The notes: generated from the letters alone by a model not told the origin. A DNA stretch of 27,111 nt from Ilumatobacteraceae bacterium (GCA_041748635.1 JBGTCW010000226.1:1-27111); one strand, 5' to 3'; shown: positions 7,754 through 17,417, numbered from the stretch's first letter. Program-made: numbers and translations.

Positions 7754-7815
7754 GTACGTACGCCCGTACCGGCAGCGGCAGCGGCGAGATCTCTGCTCCT
7801 TACGCGCCGTGGCGC

Positions 7816-8193
7816 TCAGTCTGGTTCTGCAGCTCGATCGATCGTCCCGTCGCGATCATCGAGCCGCTCCGCCGCAGCGAGCGTGCGCTCGGGATCGGCC
7901 AGCTCGTCGATGCGCATGTGCGACGGGGTGGTGCGGTGGGTCGCACGGAATAGCAGATGGGTACTGGCGGGCAGCGTGAGCAACAGCGCGGCAGCGACGA
8001 TCGCAAGTTCGGCCGCTCCCTTGGCACCCACCTCGATGCCGGCTCCGACCGCGACGAGCAGGAACGCGATCGGACTCGCCTTGCCAGCGGCGTGGAACCG
8101 TGCGTATGCGGTGTTGAACGTGAGCAGACCGATCCCGGCGAGCAGCGCGACGAACGCACCGAGCAGGACGAACATCGACGCGACAGGGCTCAC
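7816..8193 (-). CDS. mrpG: Mrp Na+/H+ antiporter subunit G
   Basis: YARFHAAGKAS (cf. RLHAATK) and LLTLPASTHLLFRA; last gene of the coupled operon. Confidence 0.88.
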   Translation of the reverse strand: MSPVASMFVLLGAFVALLAGIGLLTFNTAYARFHAAGKASPIAFLLVAVGAGIEVGAKGAAELAIVAAALLLTLPASTHLLFRATHRTTPSHMRIDELADPERTLAAAERLDDRDGTIDRAAEPD

Positions 8194-8447
8194 GGGCGCC
8201 CCGTCGTCTCGATGAAGCGACTGAGTGCGACCGTCGCCGTGAACGCAACGATGGCGATCACGACCAGCACCCCGATGTAGAGCGTGTCACCAGTTTCGGC
8301 AACCCTCGTGCCGATCGCCCCCATCAACGCGACCAGCGCTGCGTCGAGTGAGATCACCCGATCCGCGAGCGTCGGTCCTCGCACCAGCCGGATGCCCGCC
8401 AACACCCCTGCCAACAGGAAGATCCCGACCGCGATGTCTGCGATCAT
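8190..8447 (-). CDS. mrpF: Mrp subunit F
   Basis: RLVRGPTLADRVISLD and VIAIVAFTATVALSRFI. ATG 8447 overlaps the mrpE stop (ATGA). Confidence 0.9.
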   Translation of the reverse strand: MIADIAVGIFLLAGVLAGIRLVRGPTLADRVISLDAALVALMGAIGTRVAETGDTLYIGVLVVIAIVAFTATVALSRFIETTGRP

Positions 8448-8995
8448 GCCGGCACCTCGGCGACGGGAAGCGCTCGACAGGCGAGTGAGGCGAGATGGGC
8501 GACGTGCCGCTCGATCTCGGGCGCCTTGTCGGCGTGCAGCAGGTGCAGGTACAACCGGCCCGTGTCGCTGTCGGTGTCGATCACCGCGGTGCCCGGCGTG
8601 ACCGTGATCGCCACCACGAGCAACAAGAAGTGCGACCGCGATGCAATGGTGGTGTCGACAGCGATGATCGCTTCGTCGGTGTAGTCCGTCGGCGTCAGGA
8701 TCTCCCACGCCACGTAGGCCGTCGACGCGACGAGGTCGACGGCAACCAGCCATCCGAAGTGCAACAGGGGAACGATTCGAACACCGCCGCCGTGTCGATC
8801 GACGCCCCCGAACAGCGTGGCGGCCACGGCGATGAGCGTGCCCGACAGCACGTTGGCGACCGACACTGCCCCCCACAGCGCACACCACGCGCCGACGAGC
8901 AACAACAGCGCCATCGAGCGTCGGGGCGTCAGCAACGCCCACACTCGCGAACGAATCGACGACGACCACGTGGATCGATGCGCTGCGGTTTCCAT
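8444..8995 (-). CDS. mrpE: Mrp subunit E
   Basis: AWCALWG..SVANVLSG and AITVTPGTAVID. ATG 8995 overlaps the mrpD stop (TGATG). Confidence 0.9.
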   Translation of the reverse strand: METAAHRSTWSSSIRSRVWALLTPRRSMALLLLVGAWCALWGAVSVANVLSGTLIAVAATLFGGVDRHGGGVRIVPLLHFGWLVAVDLVASTAYVAWEILTPTDYTDEAIIAVDTTIASRSHFLLLVVAITVTPGTAVIDTDSDTGRLYLHLLHADKAPEIERHVAHLASLACRALPVAEVPA

Positions 8996-10497
8996 CAGTC
9001 GGATGCCTCGCGGACTTCTTCGGTCAACACCTCGGTGATGTACGGCGTGCGCTCGATCAGGTCGCCGGCCACCTGTTCGCTCATGCGCCACAGCGGGCCA
9101 GCAGCGACGGCCACGACGATCGTGCCGGCGACGGCCAGCCCGGCGGCGCCCTGCATGATCGCGACCGAGCGCCGACTCGACGCCGGGACGGCCGACGGCG
9201 TGACGTCGCCCCAGAACGCTCCAAGCCAGATCTTGGTCATCGAGAGCAGCGTCAGCATCGAACCGACCAGTGCCACGGCGACGATGACGTACGCGCCGGA
9301 CGCCACGCCGGCGTCAACCAGTGCCAGCTTGGCGATGAACCCCGAGAACGGCGGCAGCCCGGCAAGGCTCAACGCCGGCAGCGCGAACAGCACGGCGATC
9401 ACCGGCTTGCTCGTGGCCAGGCCGCCGACCTTCTTGAGCGCCGAGGTCCCCTGGTCATCCTCGATCAGGCCGCCGGCCAGGAACATCACCGTCTTCACCG
9501 GGATCTGGTGGACGAGGAACAGCACCGCTCCGGCGACGCCGGCAACGGTGAACAGCCCGAGGCCCATGATCATGTAGCCGATCTGGCTGACGACGTGGAA
9601 CGACAAGATCCGCTTGACGTCGTCCTGGGCGAGGGCGCCAGCGACGCCGACGATCATCGTGAAGCCGGCGATCACCAGCAACAGCGGCCCGAGTGCGTCG
9701 AGTTCCATGAGCGTGAAGAACCTGATCATCACGTACACGCCGATCTTGGTGAGCAGACCAGCGAAGACCGCCGTGATCGAGGTCGGCGCGGTCGGGTAGC
9801 TGTCGGGGAGCCACGAGAACAACGGGAAGATTGCCGCCTTGGTCCCGAACACCACGAGGAACCACAGCCCGATGCCCACCTGGGTCGCCTCGGGCAGCGC
9901 CGGAATGCGTTCAGCGAGCAACGCCATGTTGACGGTGCCCGTCGCCGAGTAGACGATCGCCACGCCGAAGAGGAACAGCGTCGACGCGAACAGGTTGATC
10001 ACCACGTAGGTCATGCCCGAGCGGACCTGCGACTCGTGGCCTTGGTGCGTGAGCAGGACGTAGCTGGCGACGAGGATCAGCTCGAACGCGACGAACAGGG
10101 TGAACAGGTCGCCGGTGAGGATCGCCAGCGCCACGCCGCCGGCGAGCACCAGCAGGATCGGGCTCACGACGGTCGGGTCGGCTCCCGCAGGTGTCCGACG
10201 CTGACCGATCGCGAACAGTTCGACGACGAGGATCGTGGCCGAGGCAACGACCAGGATCAACGCCGCGAACAGATCGGCGACGAGGACGATGCCGAGGTCG
10301 GGCGCCCAGTCACCGACGCGCAACACGACGGTGCCGTCACGGTCCACCTCGAAGAGCAACGCCGCGGCGAGTCCGGTCACCGCCGCCAGCGTCGACACGG
10401 TGATGAGATCGCGGATCTTCGCCTGACGGCGCAGACCCAACACGAGCGCCGAGGCGAGGAGCGGCAGCACCACACAGAGCGCAACCACCGCGCTCAC
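8995..10497 (-). CDS. mrpD: Mrp subunit D
   Basis: FTLFVAFE, TKAAIFPLFSWLPDSY, LLTKIGVY, VKRILSF and LPPFSGFIAK: the conserved Glu/Lys residues are present. Confidence 0.93.
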   Translation of the reverse strand: MSAVVALCVVLPLLASALVLGLRRQAKIRDLITVSTLAAVTGLAAALLFEVDRDGTVVLRVGDWAPDLGIVLVADLFAALILVVASATILVVELFAIGQRRTPAGADPTVVSPILLVLAGGVALAILTGDLFTLFVAFELILVASYVLLTHQGHESQVRSGMTYVVINLFASTLFLFGVAIVYSATGTVNMALLAERIPALPEATQVGIGLWFLVVFGTKAAIFPLFSWLPDSYPTAPTSITAVFAGLLTKIGVYVMIRFFTLMELDALGPLLLVIAGFTMIVGVAGALAQDDVKRILSFHVVSQIGYMIMGLGLFTVAGVAGAVLFLVHQIPVKTVMFLAGGLIEDDQGTSALKKVGGLATSKPVIAVLFALPALSLAGLPPFSGFIAKLALVDAGVASGAYVIVAVALVGSMLTLLSMTKIWLGAFWGDVTPSAVPASSRRSVAIMQGAAGLAVAGTIVVAVAAGPLWRMSEQVAGDLIERTPYITEVLTEEVREASD

Positions 10498-10916
10498 GAT
10501 CCACCCTCCTGTTGGTCGTTCGACTGCTCGAGCTCACGGGTCTCGTCGATCGCCGCCTCGCGCGCCTGCTCGGTGGTGGCGATGCGCCGATCCTCGACAT
10601 CGTCCTCGACGAGATCGTCCCCCGTGAGCACCTGCTGACGACGCGCGAGCGCCAACACGAACAGGGTGAGGCCGAACGAGATCACGATCGCGGTCAGCGA
10701 CAACGCCTGCGGCAGCGGGTTGGCGATGTCGTCGGCCGATTGGCCATCGACGATGGGCGGCGCACCCGCCGGCCCGCCGGCCGCAAGCAGCGCGACGACG
10801 GCTGCATGGCCGAGCAGTGCAAAGCCGAGAACGACCCTGCTGAGCGAACGCGACGTGACGAGGAAGGTGCCGGCGGCTACCAGGCCGGCGACCGCGAAGA
10901 TCATCGCGACGCTCAT
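10494..10916 (-). CDS. mrpC: Mrp subunit C
   Basis: NPLPQALSLTAIVISFG, with an acidic C-terminal tail. Confidence 0.92.
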   Translation of the reverse strand: MSVAMIFAVAGLVAAGTFLVTSRSLSRVVLGFALLGHAAVVALLAAGGPAGAPPIVDGQSADDIANPLPQALSLTAIVISFGLTLFVLALARRQQVLTGDDLVEDDVEDRRIATTEQAREAAIDETRELEQSNDQQEGGS

Positions 10917-11398
10917 GTCGACGCCCCGTCTGACGAACCGGTCTCGATGGAGGCGACGTCGGCCGCGATCGGCCGGTGGCCCCGGTCGCCGAGCGATGCA
11001 GCATCGAGCCCGTCGAGCAGCGAGATCACCAACCCCACCACGATCGCCACCACGCCGAGGTCGAACAGCAGCGCCGAGCCGGTCTTGACATCGCCGAGAA
11101 TGGGAACGTCCCAGGTGACCACGACCTGGTCGAGCAACGGTTCACCCCACAGCATTGGCGCAATCGCCACGATGCCGGCGACCACGCCGCCGACCGACAG
11201 CCACACCGGCGCGTGTCGGGGCTGTTGGATTCCCGCCACCGTGCGCAGCACGATGATTGCGCCGAGCATCAGGCCCGCAGCGAAGCCGCCGCCCGGCTGA
11301 TTGTGGCCTGCGAACAAGGCGTATGCGGCGACGACGAGCGCGATCGGCGTCACGGCACGCACCGCGAGCGACACGATCGGAGAAATGCGCGAGATCAC
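10913..11398 (-). CDS. mrpB: Mrp subunit B (MnhB domain)
   Basis: GHNQPGGGFAAGL and FDLGVVAIVVG. It is a separate frame overlapping the mrpA stop (GTGA). Confidence 0.9.
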   Translation of the reverse strand: MISRISPIVSLAVRAVTPIALVVAAYALFAGHNQPGGGFAAGLMLGAIIVLRTVAGIQQPRHAPVWLSVGGVVAGIVAIAPMLWGEPLLDQVVVTWDVPILGDVKTGSALLFDLGVVAIVVGLVISLLDGLDAASLGDRGHRPIAADVASIETGSSDGAST

Positions 11399-13722
11399 TG
11401 CGGCACCTCCTCGACGCGACCTGTTTCGACGAGGGCGAGCCCGGCGGACGTCTCGCCGGCCGGCACCGGCAGATCCGTACGGTTGCGCCGAGTGCTCAGC
11501 GTCAGGATCCCGACGGCCACCACCATCAGCACGATGACCTCACCGAGGGTGTCGAGCGCTCGCGTGTCGGTGAGGATCACGTTGACCACGTTCTTGCCGC
11601 CACCTTCGGTCTGCGCGGTCTCCGCCAGTTCTCGCACCGGCGCCTCGCCGGTCGGGCTGGCCGCGCTTCCCGCCAACGCCACCGCAACAGCTGTGCCCAT
11701 CGCTCCAGCGATCAGGACTCGACCGACCACCCAGAGCCGCGTCGGCGATGGGAACTTCGTGGCGAGACGGCCGAGGCCGACCACAAAACCGACGACGACC
11801 ACGGTCTCGACGAGCAGCTGGGTGAGGACGAGGTCGGGGGCGCCGTTTGCAACGAACAGCCCGGCGACGCTGAAGCCGACCGCGCCGAGCACGAGTGCGG
11901 CACCGAGTCGAGACCGCACCTGCGTGGCGGCCAACGCGACGGCAACGATCATGACGGCGACCACCGCCTCGACGCGGTTGTCCCACCAGTACAGAGTCGC
12001 TGTGTCGATCTCGCCAGCGAACGGCACCGCCGCGGCACACACGACGATCACGGTGGTGGCCAGATACAGCGGCAGCGAACCGTGCTGCACCCGACCGGCG
12101 ACCCGCTGCGCGAGACGGCCGGTGCCGTCGATGCCACGATCGACGTTCGCCGCGCCGCGCGCCACCGGTCCGCTCGCCACGTGTCGGCGAGTGAGCAGCA
12201 CTCCGACGACCAGACCGATCGCGACGATCACCGCGGAGGTGATGAACGCGTCGGTCAGCCCGGGCCAGCGATACAACGAGTAGACCTCGGCGTCGGGTGC
12301 CACCGTCACCGCTGCGGAGCGGACAACGCCGGTGACCCACCCGATCGCCACGAACCCGGCGACCGATGCTGCGGCGAGAATCACCTGCGGAGCGGACATC
12401 GCTCGACGTCGGGGAGCGACGGTGCGATCGGGCATCGGCCCATCGGCGGCGAACATCCCGATCAGCAGCCTGGTCGTGTAGGCCACGGTCAGGATCGAAC
12501 CGAAGATGATCAGTCCTGCGACGACGAGCCGTTCCGTGCCCGACAGGCCGATCGCCGCCTCGATCGCGGCCTCCTTGGTCGGGAAGCCGAGCAGCGGCGG
12601 GACACCCGCCATCGAGGCGCCGGAGATCACCGCCACGGCGAAGGTGATCGGCATCGCACTGCGCAAGCCGGACAGCTCGTTGATGTTGCGGGTGCCGGTG
12701 CGGGCATCCACTTCACCGACCACCATGAACAGTGCCGCCTTGAACACGGCGTGGGCCACCAGCACCGAGATGGCGGCGAACGTGGCCTTCGGCGTGCCGA
12801 TGGCGAGCAACGCGAAGAGGAAGCCGAGCTGTGACACCGTGCCCCAGGCGAGGATCAGTTTCGCGTCGACGTGGCGGAGCGCCCCGATACCACCCCAGAC
12901 CATCGTGGCCAGGCCGAACGAGAGTCCGAGCGGCTTCCACACGTCGGTGTCCTGGAATGCCGGCGCGATGACTGCGACGAGGATCACCCCCGCCTTCACC
13001 ATCGTGGCGGAGTGCAGATAGGCGCTGATCGGAGTCGGGGCCGCCATCGCGCCGGGGAGCCAGACGTGGAAGGGGAACTGCGCCGACTTCGTCGCGGCCG
13101 CGACGAGGATCAAGATCGCCGCCGCAGTCGCGGTCGAGCCGCTGATGGGCGTGATCTCGCTGAGACGCGCCGTGCTGGCGGCATCGACGAACAGCACGAA
13201 CCCAGCGAGGAGCGACAGCCCACCCGCAGCGGTGATGAACAACGCCCGGCGCGCTGCGATGCGCGCAACCGGGTCGCTGTGCTTGAAGCCGACCAGGAGG
13301 AACGACGTGACCGACGTCAGCTCCCAGAAGATGAACAGCGTCCAGACCGAGTCGGCCCAGACCAGCCCGACCATCGCCGTCGAGAACGCAACGAGCGTGG
13401 CGGCGAAACGACCCATGCTCGCAGCCGAGCTCGAGAAGTACCCGACGGAGTAGACACAGACCAGCGCACCGATCCCCGAAACCAACACCGAGAGCAACGA
13501 CGCCATCGCGTCGACACGGAACTCGAACGCCACGTCGAGTCCGGGCACCCACTGGAAGCCTGCGGTGATGACCTCGCTCGATCCGAGCCGGGTGATCGAC
13601 CACAGCGCCGTCGCCGCCATCGGGGTCGCCGCCAGCCACAGTGCCCGACGGCCGATTCGTGCACCAACGGTCGGCAGAGCTGCAACGACCACCACGTGAA
13701 AGGCGAGCAGGAACCAGATCAA
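11395..13722 (-). CDS. mrpA: Mrp subunit A
   Basis: FWELTSVTSFLLVG, TKSAQFPFHVWLPGAMAAPTPISAYLHSATMVKAG, HAVFKAALF and C-terminal NVVNVILTDTRALDTLGE; TTG start. Confidence 0.93.
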   Translation of the reverse strand: MIWFLLAFHVVVVAALPTVGARIGRRALWLAATPMAATALWSITRLGSSEVITAGFQWVPGLDVAFEFRVDAMASLLSVLVSGIGALVCVYSVGYFSSSAASMGRFAATLVAFSTAMVGLVWADSVWTLFIFWELTSVTSFLLVGFKHSDPVARIAARRALFITAAGGLSLLAGFVLFVDAASTARLSEITPISGSTATAAAILILVAAATKSAQFPFHVWLPGAMAAPTPISAYLHSATMVKAGVILVAVIAPAFQDTDVWKPLGLSFGLATMVWGGIGALRHVDAKLILAWGTVSQLGFLFALLAIGTPKATFAAISVLVAHAVFKAALFMVVGEVDARTGTRNINELSGLRSAMPITFAVAVISGASMAGVPPLLGFPTKEAAIEAAIGLSGTERLVVAGLIIFGSILTVAYTTRLLIGMFAADGPMPDRTVAPRRRAMSAPQVILAAASVAGFVAIGWVTGVVRSAAVTVAPDAEVYSLYRWPGLTDAFITSAVIVAIGLVVGVLLTRRHVASGPVARGAANVDRGIDGTGRLAQRVAGRVQHGSLPLYLATTVIVVCAAAVPFAGEIDTATLYWWDNRVEAVVAVMIVAVALAATQVRSRLGAALVLGAVGFSVAGLFVANGAPDLVLTQLLVETVVVVGFVVGLGRLATKFPSPTRLWVVGRVLIAGAMGTAVAVALAGSAASPTGEAPVRELAETAQTEGGGKNVVNVILTDTRALDTLGEVIVLMVVAVGILTLSTRRNRTDLPVPAGETSAGLALVETGRVEEVPQ

Positions 13723-13731
13723 GACGGGCCC

Positions 13732-13737
13732 ATGATA
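13732..13737 (-). promoter_or_regulatory. Possible -10 element TATCAT for the mrp operon
   Basis: TANNNT hexamer 9 nt upstream of the mrpA TTG; no clear -35. Confidence 0.35.
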
Positions 13738-13773
13738 CGGGTTCGATCGATTCGCGCCCGGTCGTTCAGCGCT

Positions 13774-14730
13774 CTACAGCGAGCGCGTCACCTCATTGAC
13801 GAGCGGTTCGCCGCGGACGTACCGCCCGAGGTTGTCGAGGAAGATCTCGGCGACGCGGCCGGTCGTGCCGTTGCTCGATCCCGACGTGTGCGGGCTGATG
13901 ATGACGTTGGGGAGATCCCACAGAGCGTCGTCGGAATCGAGTGGCTCCGGGTCGAAGACGTCGAGACCGGCGCCGGCCAGCCTTCCCGATGCGAGCGCAT
14001 CGGTGAGCGCCGCCTGGTCGACCAGCTCACCGCGGCCCACATTGACGAGCACGGCGTGCGGCGGCATCGCGTCGATCACCGTTGCGCTGATGATCCCCTT
14101 GGTCTCAGGGGCCGCGGGGAGCGCTACGACGACGGCGTCAGCGTCAGTCACGACGTCCCCCAGCTCCGTGAGTTCGCGCACGTCACAGGGTTCGTCGCCA
14201 TGCGCCGACCGTCGCACCACGACGGGGTCCATCCGGAACGCCGTTGCGAGGCGCACCACCTCCTGGCCGATCGGGCCGTACCCCACGACCACGATGCGTT
14301 GGCCGTCCAATTCGCGGAACGGAGCCGGCGACCACTCGTGGGCGGCCTGTGCGCGCAGCCAACCGGGGAGGTCACGACTCAGCGCCAGCAGGTAGAGCAT
14401 CACCGTGCCGGCGATCGGTGGTGCACTCGCTCCCGACGAGGTCGTCAGTCGTGCACCGCGTTCGAGGAACGTCGAGAACACCGGGCTGTCGACACCTGCC
14501 GACATCGAGTGGAACCATTCGAGGTTCGACGTCGCCAGGGCGACCTTGAAGAACGGCCCAGCTTGTGCGGGCCACGCGTCGTTGGAGAAGAAGGCGATGG
14601 TGATTCGTTCGATCTCGTCCTCGGAGATCTCCTCACCAGTTCGGAGCACGATCGCGTCGAGACCAGGTGCGATCTCCGAGATCCGCTCGCCGTACGCATC
14701 GAAGAACGTATCGGTACAGAACAGTGCCAT
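13774..14730 (-). CDS. D-isomer-specific 2-hydroxyacid dehydrogenase family protein
   Basis: GYGPIG Rossmann motif followed by VVVRRS (suggests NADP preference), NVGRG, GLDVFDPEPL and SPHTSG. Start at ATG 14730, 5 nt after the upstream stop. Confidence 0.9.
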   Translation of the reverse strand: MALFCTDTFFDAYGERISEIAPGLDAIVLRTGEEISEDEIERITIAFFSNDAWPAQAGPFFKVALATSNLEWFHSMSAGVDSPVFSTFLERGARLTTSSGASAPPIAGTVMLYLLALSRDLPGWLRAQAAHEWSPAPFRELDGQRIVVVGYGPIGQEVVRLATAFRMDPVVVRRSAHGDEPCDVRELTELGDVVTDADAVVVALPAAPETKGIISATVIDAMPPHAVLVNVGRGELVDQAALTDALASGRLAGAGLDVFDPEPLDSDDALWDLPNVIISPHTSGSSNGTTGRVAEIFLDNLGRYVRGEPLVNEVTRSL

Positions 14731-14735
14731 GTCGC

Positions 14736-16109
14736 TCAGGCGGTGAGTTCGTCGGCGAACTCCGCGAAGACATCGGCGTAGCGCATGGCGTCGGCCTCGG
14801 TGTGCATCACCGAGATGAGCCACTGCTCGTCGAGGCCCGGCGGCAGCAGGATGCCGCGGTTGATGCCGTGCATCCACTGGGCGAACGCGAGATCGAAGTC
14901 GGTCGCCTTGTAGTCGCGGTAGTTGCGCACCGGATCGATCGACCAGGTGATACAGCCCTTCGCGCCGAACTGGACGGTGTGCGCCGGCAGGTGGGCATCG
15001 TCGATGATCTGCTGACACGCTTGGACAAGACGATGGTTGAGGGCGATCGCCGCATCGATCGTCTCACGCGTACACGCCTCCGTGAGGGTGGCCTTCGCGG
15101 CTGCCATCACCAGCGGATTGCCGTTGTAGGTCCCGAGGTGGAGGACCTCGCCCGTGGTGATCAGTTCCATGTACTCGGCCTTGCCGCCGAACGCCCCGAC
15201 GGGGAAGCCGCCACCGATCGACTTGGCGAGCGTGATCAGGTCGGGCGTCACCCCGAGCTGCTTGGTGGCACCGCCGACACCGGCGGTGATCCCGGTCTTC
15301 ACCTCGTCGAAGATCAACAGCGTGCCGTACTTGTCGCAGATCTCCCGAACCGCTTCGAGATAGCCCGGCAGTGGCAGACAGATGCCGATGTTCTCCATCA
15401 CCGGCTCGACGATGAAGCAGGCGACCTCACGGCTCGCAAGTGCTCGTTCGAGCGCCGGCGCGTCGTTGTACGGAATGACGATGACGTCGTCGATGGTGCC
15501 CTGGGTGATCCCGGCCGACTGGGGAACCGACCACGGCGCGTCCGCCGGACCGGCGCGATCGATCGGCGGTTTGTTCGAGATCATCACCTCGTCGTGGTGG
15601 CCGTGATAGCCGCCTTCGACCTTGACGAGCTTCTCGCGCTTGGTGACGCCGCGCGCGAGGCGGATGGCGTCCATCGTCGCCTCGGTGCCCGAGTTGGTCG
15701 GTCGCCACATGGGGAATCCATAGCGCTGGCCGAGTATTTCGGCGACTTCGGCATCGAGTTCGCACGGGGTGACGTAGAGCGTGCCGTCATCGAGTTGCGC
15801 TTCGACGGCGCGTCGAACGGCCGGGTGCATGTGCCCGGCGAACAACGCACCGAATCCCATGTCGTAATCGATGTACTCGTTGCCGTCGACGTCGATCATC
15901 TTCGATCCCGAAGCGTGCTTGACCACGATCGGGTGCGGGTCGTAGGCCTGGAAGCTGGAGGGGACTCCAGCCGGCAGGACTCGGCGGGCCCGTTCGGTTG
16001 CACGCTGGGAACCTTTGGTTCGTTCGGCGTAGGTCACCAGCTCGCGCTCGGTGATCTTCTTGGCTCTTGCCGCTAGCTCGGACGTGTGAGTCGAGTCGGT
16101 CACGGACAT
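14736..16109 (-). CDS. Class III PLP aminotransferase, glutamate-1-semialdehyde aminomutase (HemL)-like paralog
   Basis: DVDGNEYIDY, NSGTEATMDAIRLARG, EGGYHGH, LIFDEVKTG, LAKSIGGGFPVGAFGG and GTYNGNP; AGGA SD upstream. Confidence 0.88.
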   Translation of the reverse strand: MSVTDSTHTSELAARAKKITERELVTYAERTKGSQRATERARRVLPAGVPSSFQAYDPHPIVVKHASGSKMIDVDGNEYIDYDMGFGALFAGHMHPAVRRAVEAQLDDGTLYVTPCELDAEVAEILGQRYGFPMWRPTNSGTEATMDAIRLARGVTKREKLVKVEGGYHGHHDEVMISNKPPIDRAGPADAPWSVPQSAGITQGTIDDVIVIPYNDAPALERALASREVACFIVEPVMENIGICLPLPGYLEAVREICDKYGTLLIFDEVKTGITAGVGGATKQLGVTPDLITLAKSIGGGFPVGAFGGKAEYMELITTGEVLHLGTYNGNPLVMAAAKATLTEACTRETIDAAIALNHRLVQACQQIIDDAHLPAHTVQFGAKGCITWSIDPVRNYRDYKATDFDLAFAQWMHGINRGILLPPGLDEQWLISVMHTEADAMRYADVFAEFADELTA

Positions 16110-16271
16110 GAGGTATCACTTCCTGATCTCTGTGTTGGACCGGCGAATGCCGGGATCGGACCAGCGTAGAGCCTCCGCGCCCGACCCACCTCCCGACTGC
16201 GGTCCTTCGGGGTCGGGTCCGGGAGGACCGGCGGTTCGCTGAGGTGGGCTGACGGCGGACACAATGAGTCC

Positions 16272-17417
16272 ATGAGAACTGCCGCCACCGAGATGCTGGA
16301 CATCGAGTTCCCGATCTTTGCGTTCAGTCACTGCCGCGACGTCGTCGCCGCCGTGTCGAAGGCCGGTGGTCTCGGCGTGCTCGGCGCCGTCGCGCATTCG
16401 CCCGAACAGCTCGAGATCGACCTGAAGTGGATCGAGGCCGAGATCGGCGACCGGCCGTACGGCGTCGACCTCATCGTGCCGGCCAAGTACGCAGGCGACG
16501 AGGGCGGTGGGTACACGCTCGACGACATCCGTTCGCTGATTCCCGACACCCACCGCGAGTTCGTCGACGACATCCTCCGCCGCTACGACGTCCCTGAGTT
16601 CCCACCCGACGAAACACGTTCGAGCGGTCGCTCGACCGGCGGTCATGGCGGCATCGCCCCGTTCAGCGCTGCGGCTGCCGGCCCGCAGTTGGAGATCTCG
16701 CTTGCTCACAAGACGGCGTTCGTTGCCAACGCGCTGGGTCCGCCGCCGCAGTTCCTGATCGACCGGGTGAAGGAGGAAGGTCGTCTGATCGGTGCGCTCG
16801 CCGGGCGACCGGTGCACGCCGAACGACACCAGGCCGCCGGTGTCGACCTGATCATCGCCCAGGGCTCCGAGGCCGGCGGTCACACCGGCGAGATCGGTTC
16901 GATGGTGTTGATCCCCGAGATCGTCGACGCCGTCGACATCCCAGTTCTCGGCGCCGGCGGCATCGGGCGCGGTCGCCAGATGGCCGCCGCAATGGCGCTC
17001 GGTGCGCAGGGAGTGTGGTGTGGCTCGGTCTGGCTGACCACCGACGAGGCCGAGACGCATCCGGTCGTGAAGCAGAAGTTCCTCGCGGCCACGTCGGCCG
17101 ACACCATCCGTTCGCGGTCGCTCACCGGCAAGCACGCTCGAATGTTGAAATCGGCGTGGACCGAAGAGTGGGATCGCGTCGACACGCCGGATCCGCTCGG
17201 CATGCCACTGCAGCCGATCCTCACCAACGAAGCCCAGGCGCGCATCAACCGTGCCGCGCACACGCACGGATCGGGCGCCGAGAAGTTGGCGAACTACTTC
17301 GTGGGCCAGATCGTCGGCACGATGAACCAGCCGAAGTCCGCCGGCCAGGTCGTGATGGACATGGTGACCGAGTTCATCGACGCCGTCGAATCACTGGCCG
17401 GCCAACTCGAATACTGA
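16272..17417 (+). CDS. Nitronate monooxygenase family FMN-dependent oxidoreductase
   Basis: GGLGVLGA, QGSEAGGHTG and AGGIGRGRQMAAAMALGAQGVWCGS. CACAAT (16260-16265) lies 6 nt before the ATG, suggesting a leaderless mRNA. Confidence 0.9.
   Translation: MRTAATEMLDIEFPIFAFSHCRDVVAAVSKAGGLGVLGAVAHSPEQLEIDLKWIEAEIGDRPYGVDLIVPAKYAGDEGGGYTLDDIRSLIPDTHREFVDDILRRYDVPEFPPDETRSSGRSTGGHGGIAPFSAAAAGPQLEISLAHKTAFVANALGPPPQFLIDRVKEEGRLIGALAGRPVHAERHQAAGVDLIIAQGSEAGGHTGEIGSMVLIPEIVDAVDIPVLGAGGIGRGRQMAAAMALGAQGVWCGSVWLTTDEAETHPVVKQKFLAATSADTIRSRSLTGKHARMLKSAWTEEWDRVDTPDPLGMPLQPILTNEAQARINRAAHTHGSGAEKLANYFVGQIVGTMNQPKSAGQVVMDMVTEFIDAVESLAGQLEY

Noticed and set aside
8448-9091. ORF-track extensions of mrpE and mrpF
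   Set aside because: They run through upstream mrp genes in another frame; internal ATGs overlapping upstream stops fit coupling.
11257-16076. Long plus-strand ORFs (11257..12834, 12871..14781, 14667..16076)
   Set aside because: Antisense to mrpA, the dehydrogenase and the aminotransferase; no recognisable domains.
14736-16109. Assignment as true hemL
   Set aside because: The substrate-region motifs differ and there is no heme gene context, so I left it as HemL-like.
16264-16275. ATG-AGT-CCA-TGA mini-ORF overlapping the NMO-family start
   Set aside because: Its ATG is part of the -10 hexamer CACAAT, so it is probably not transcribed.
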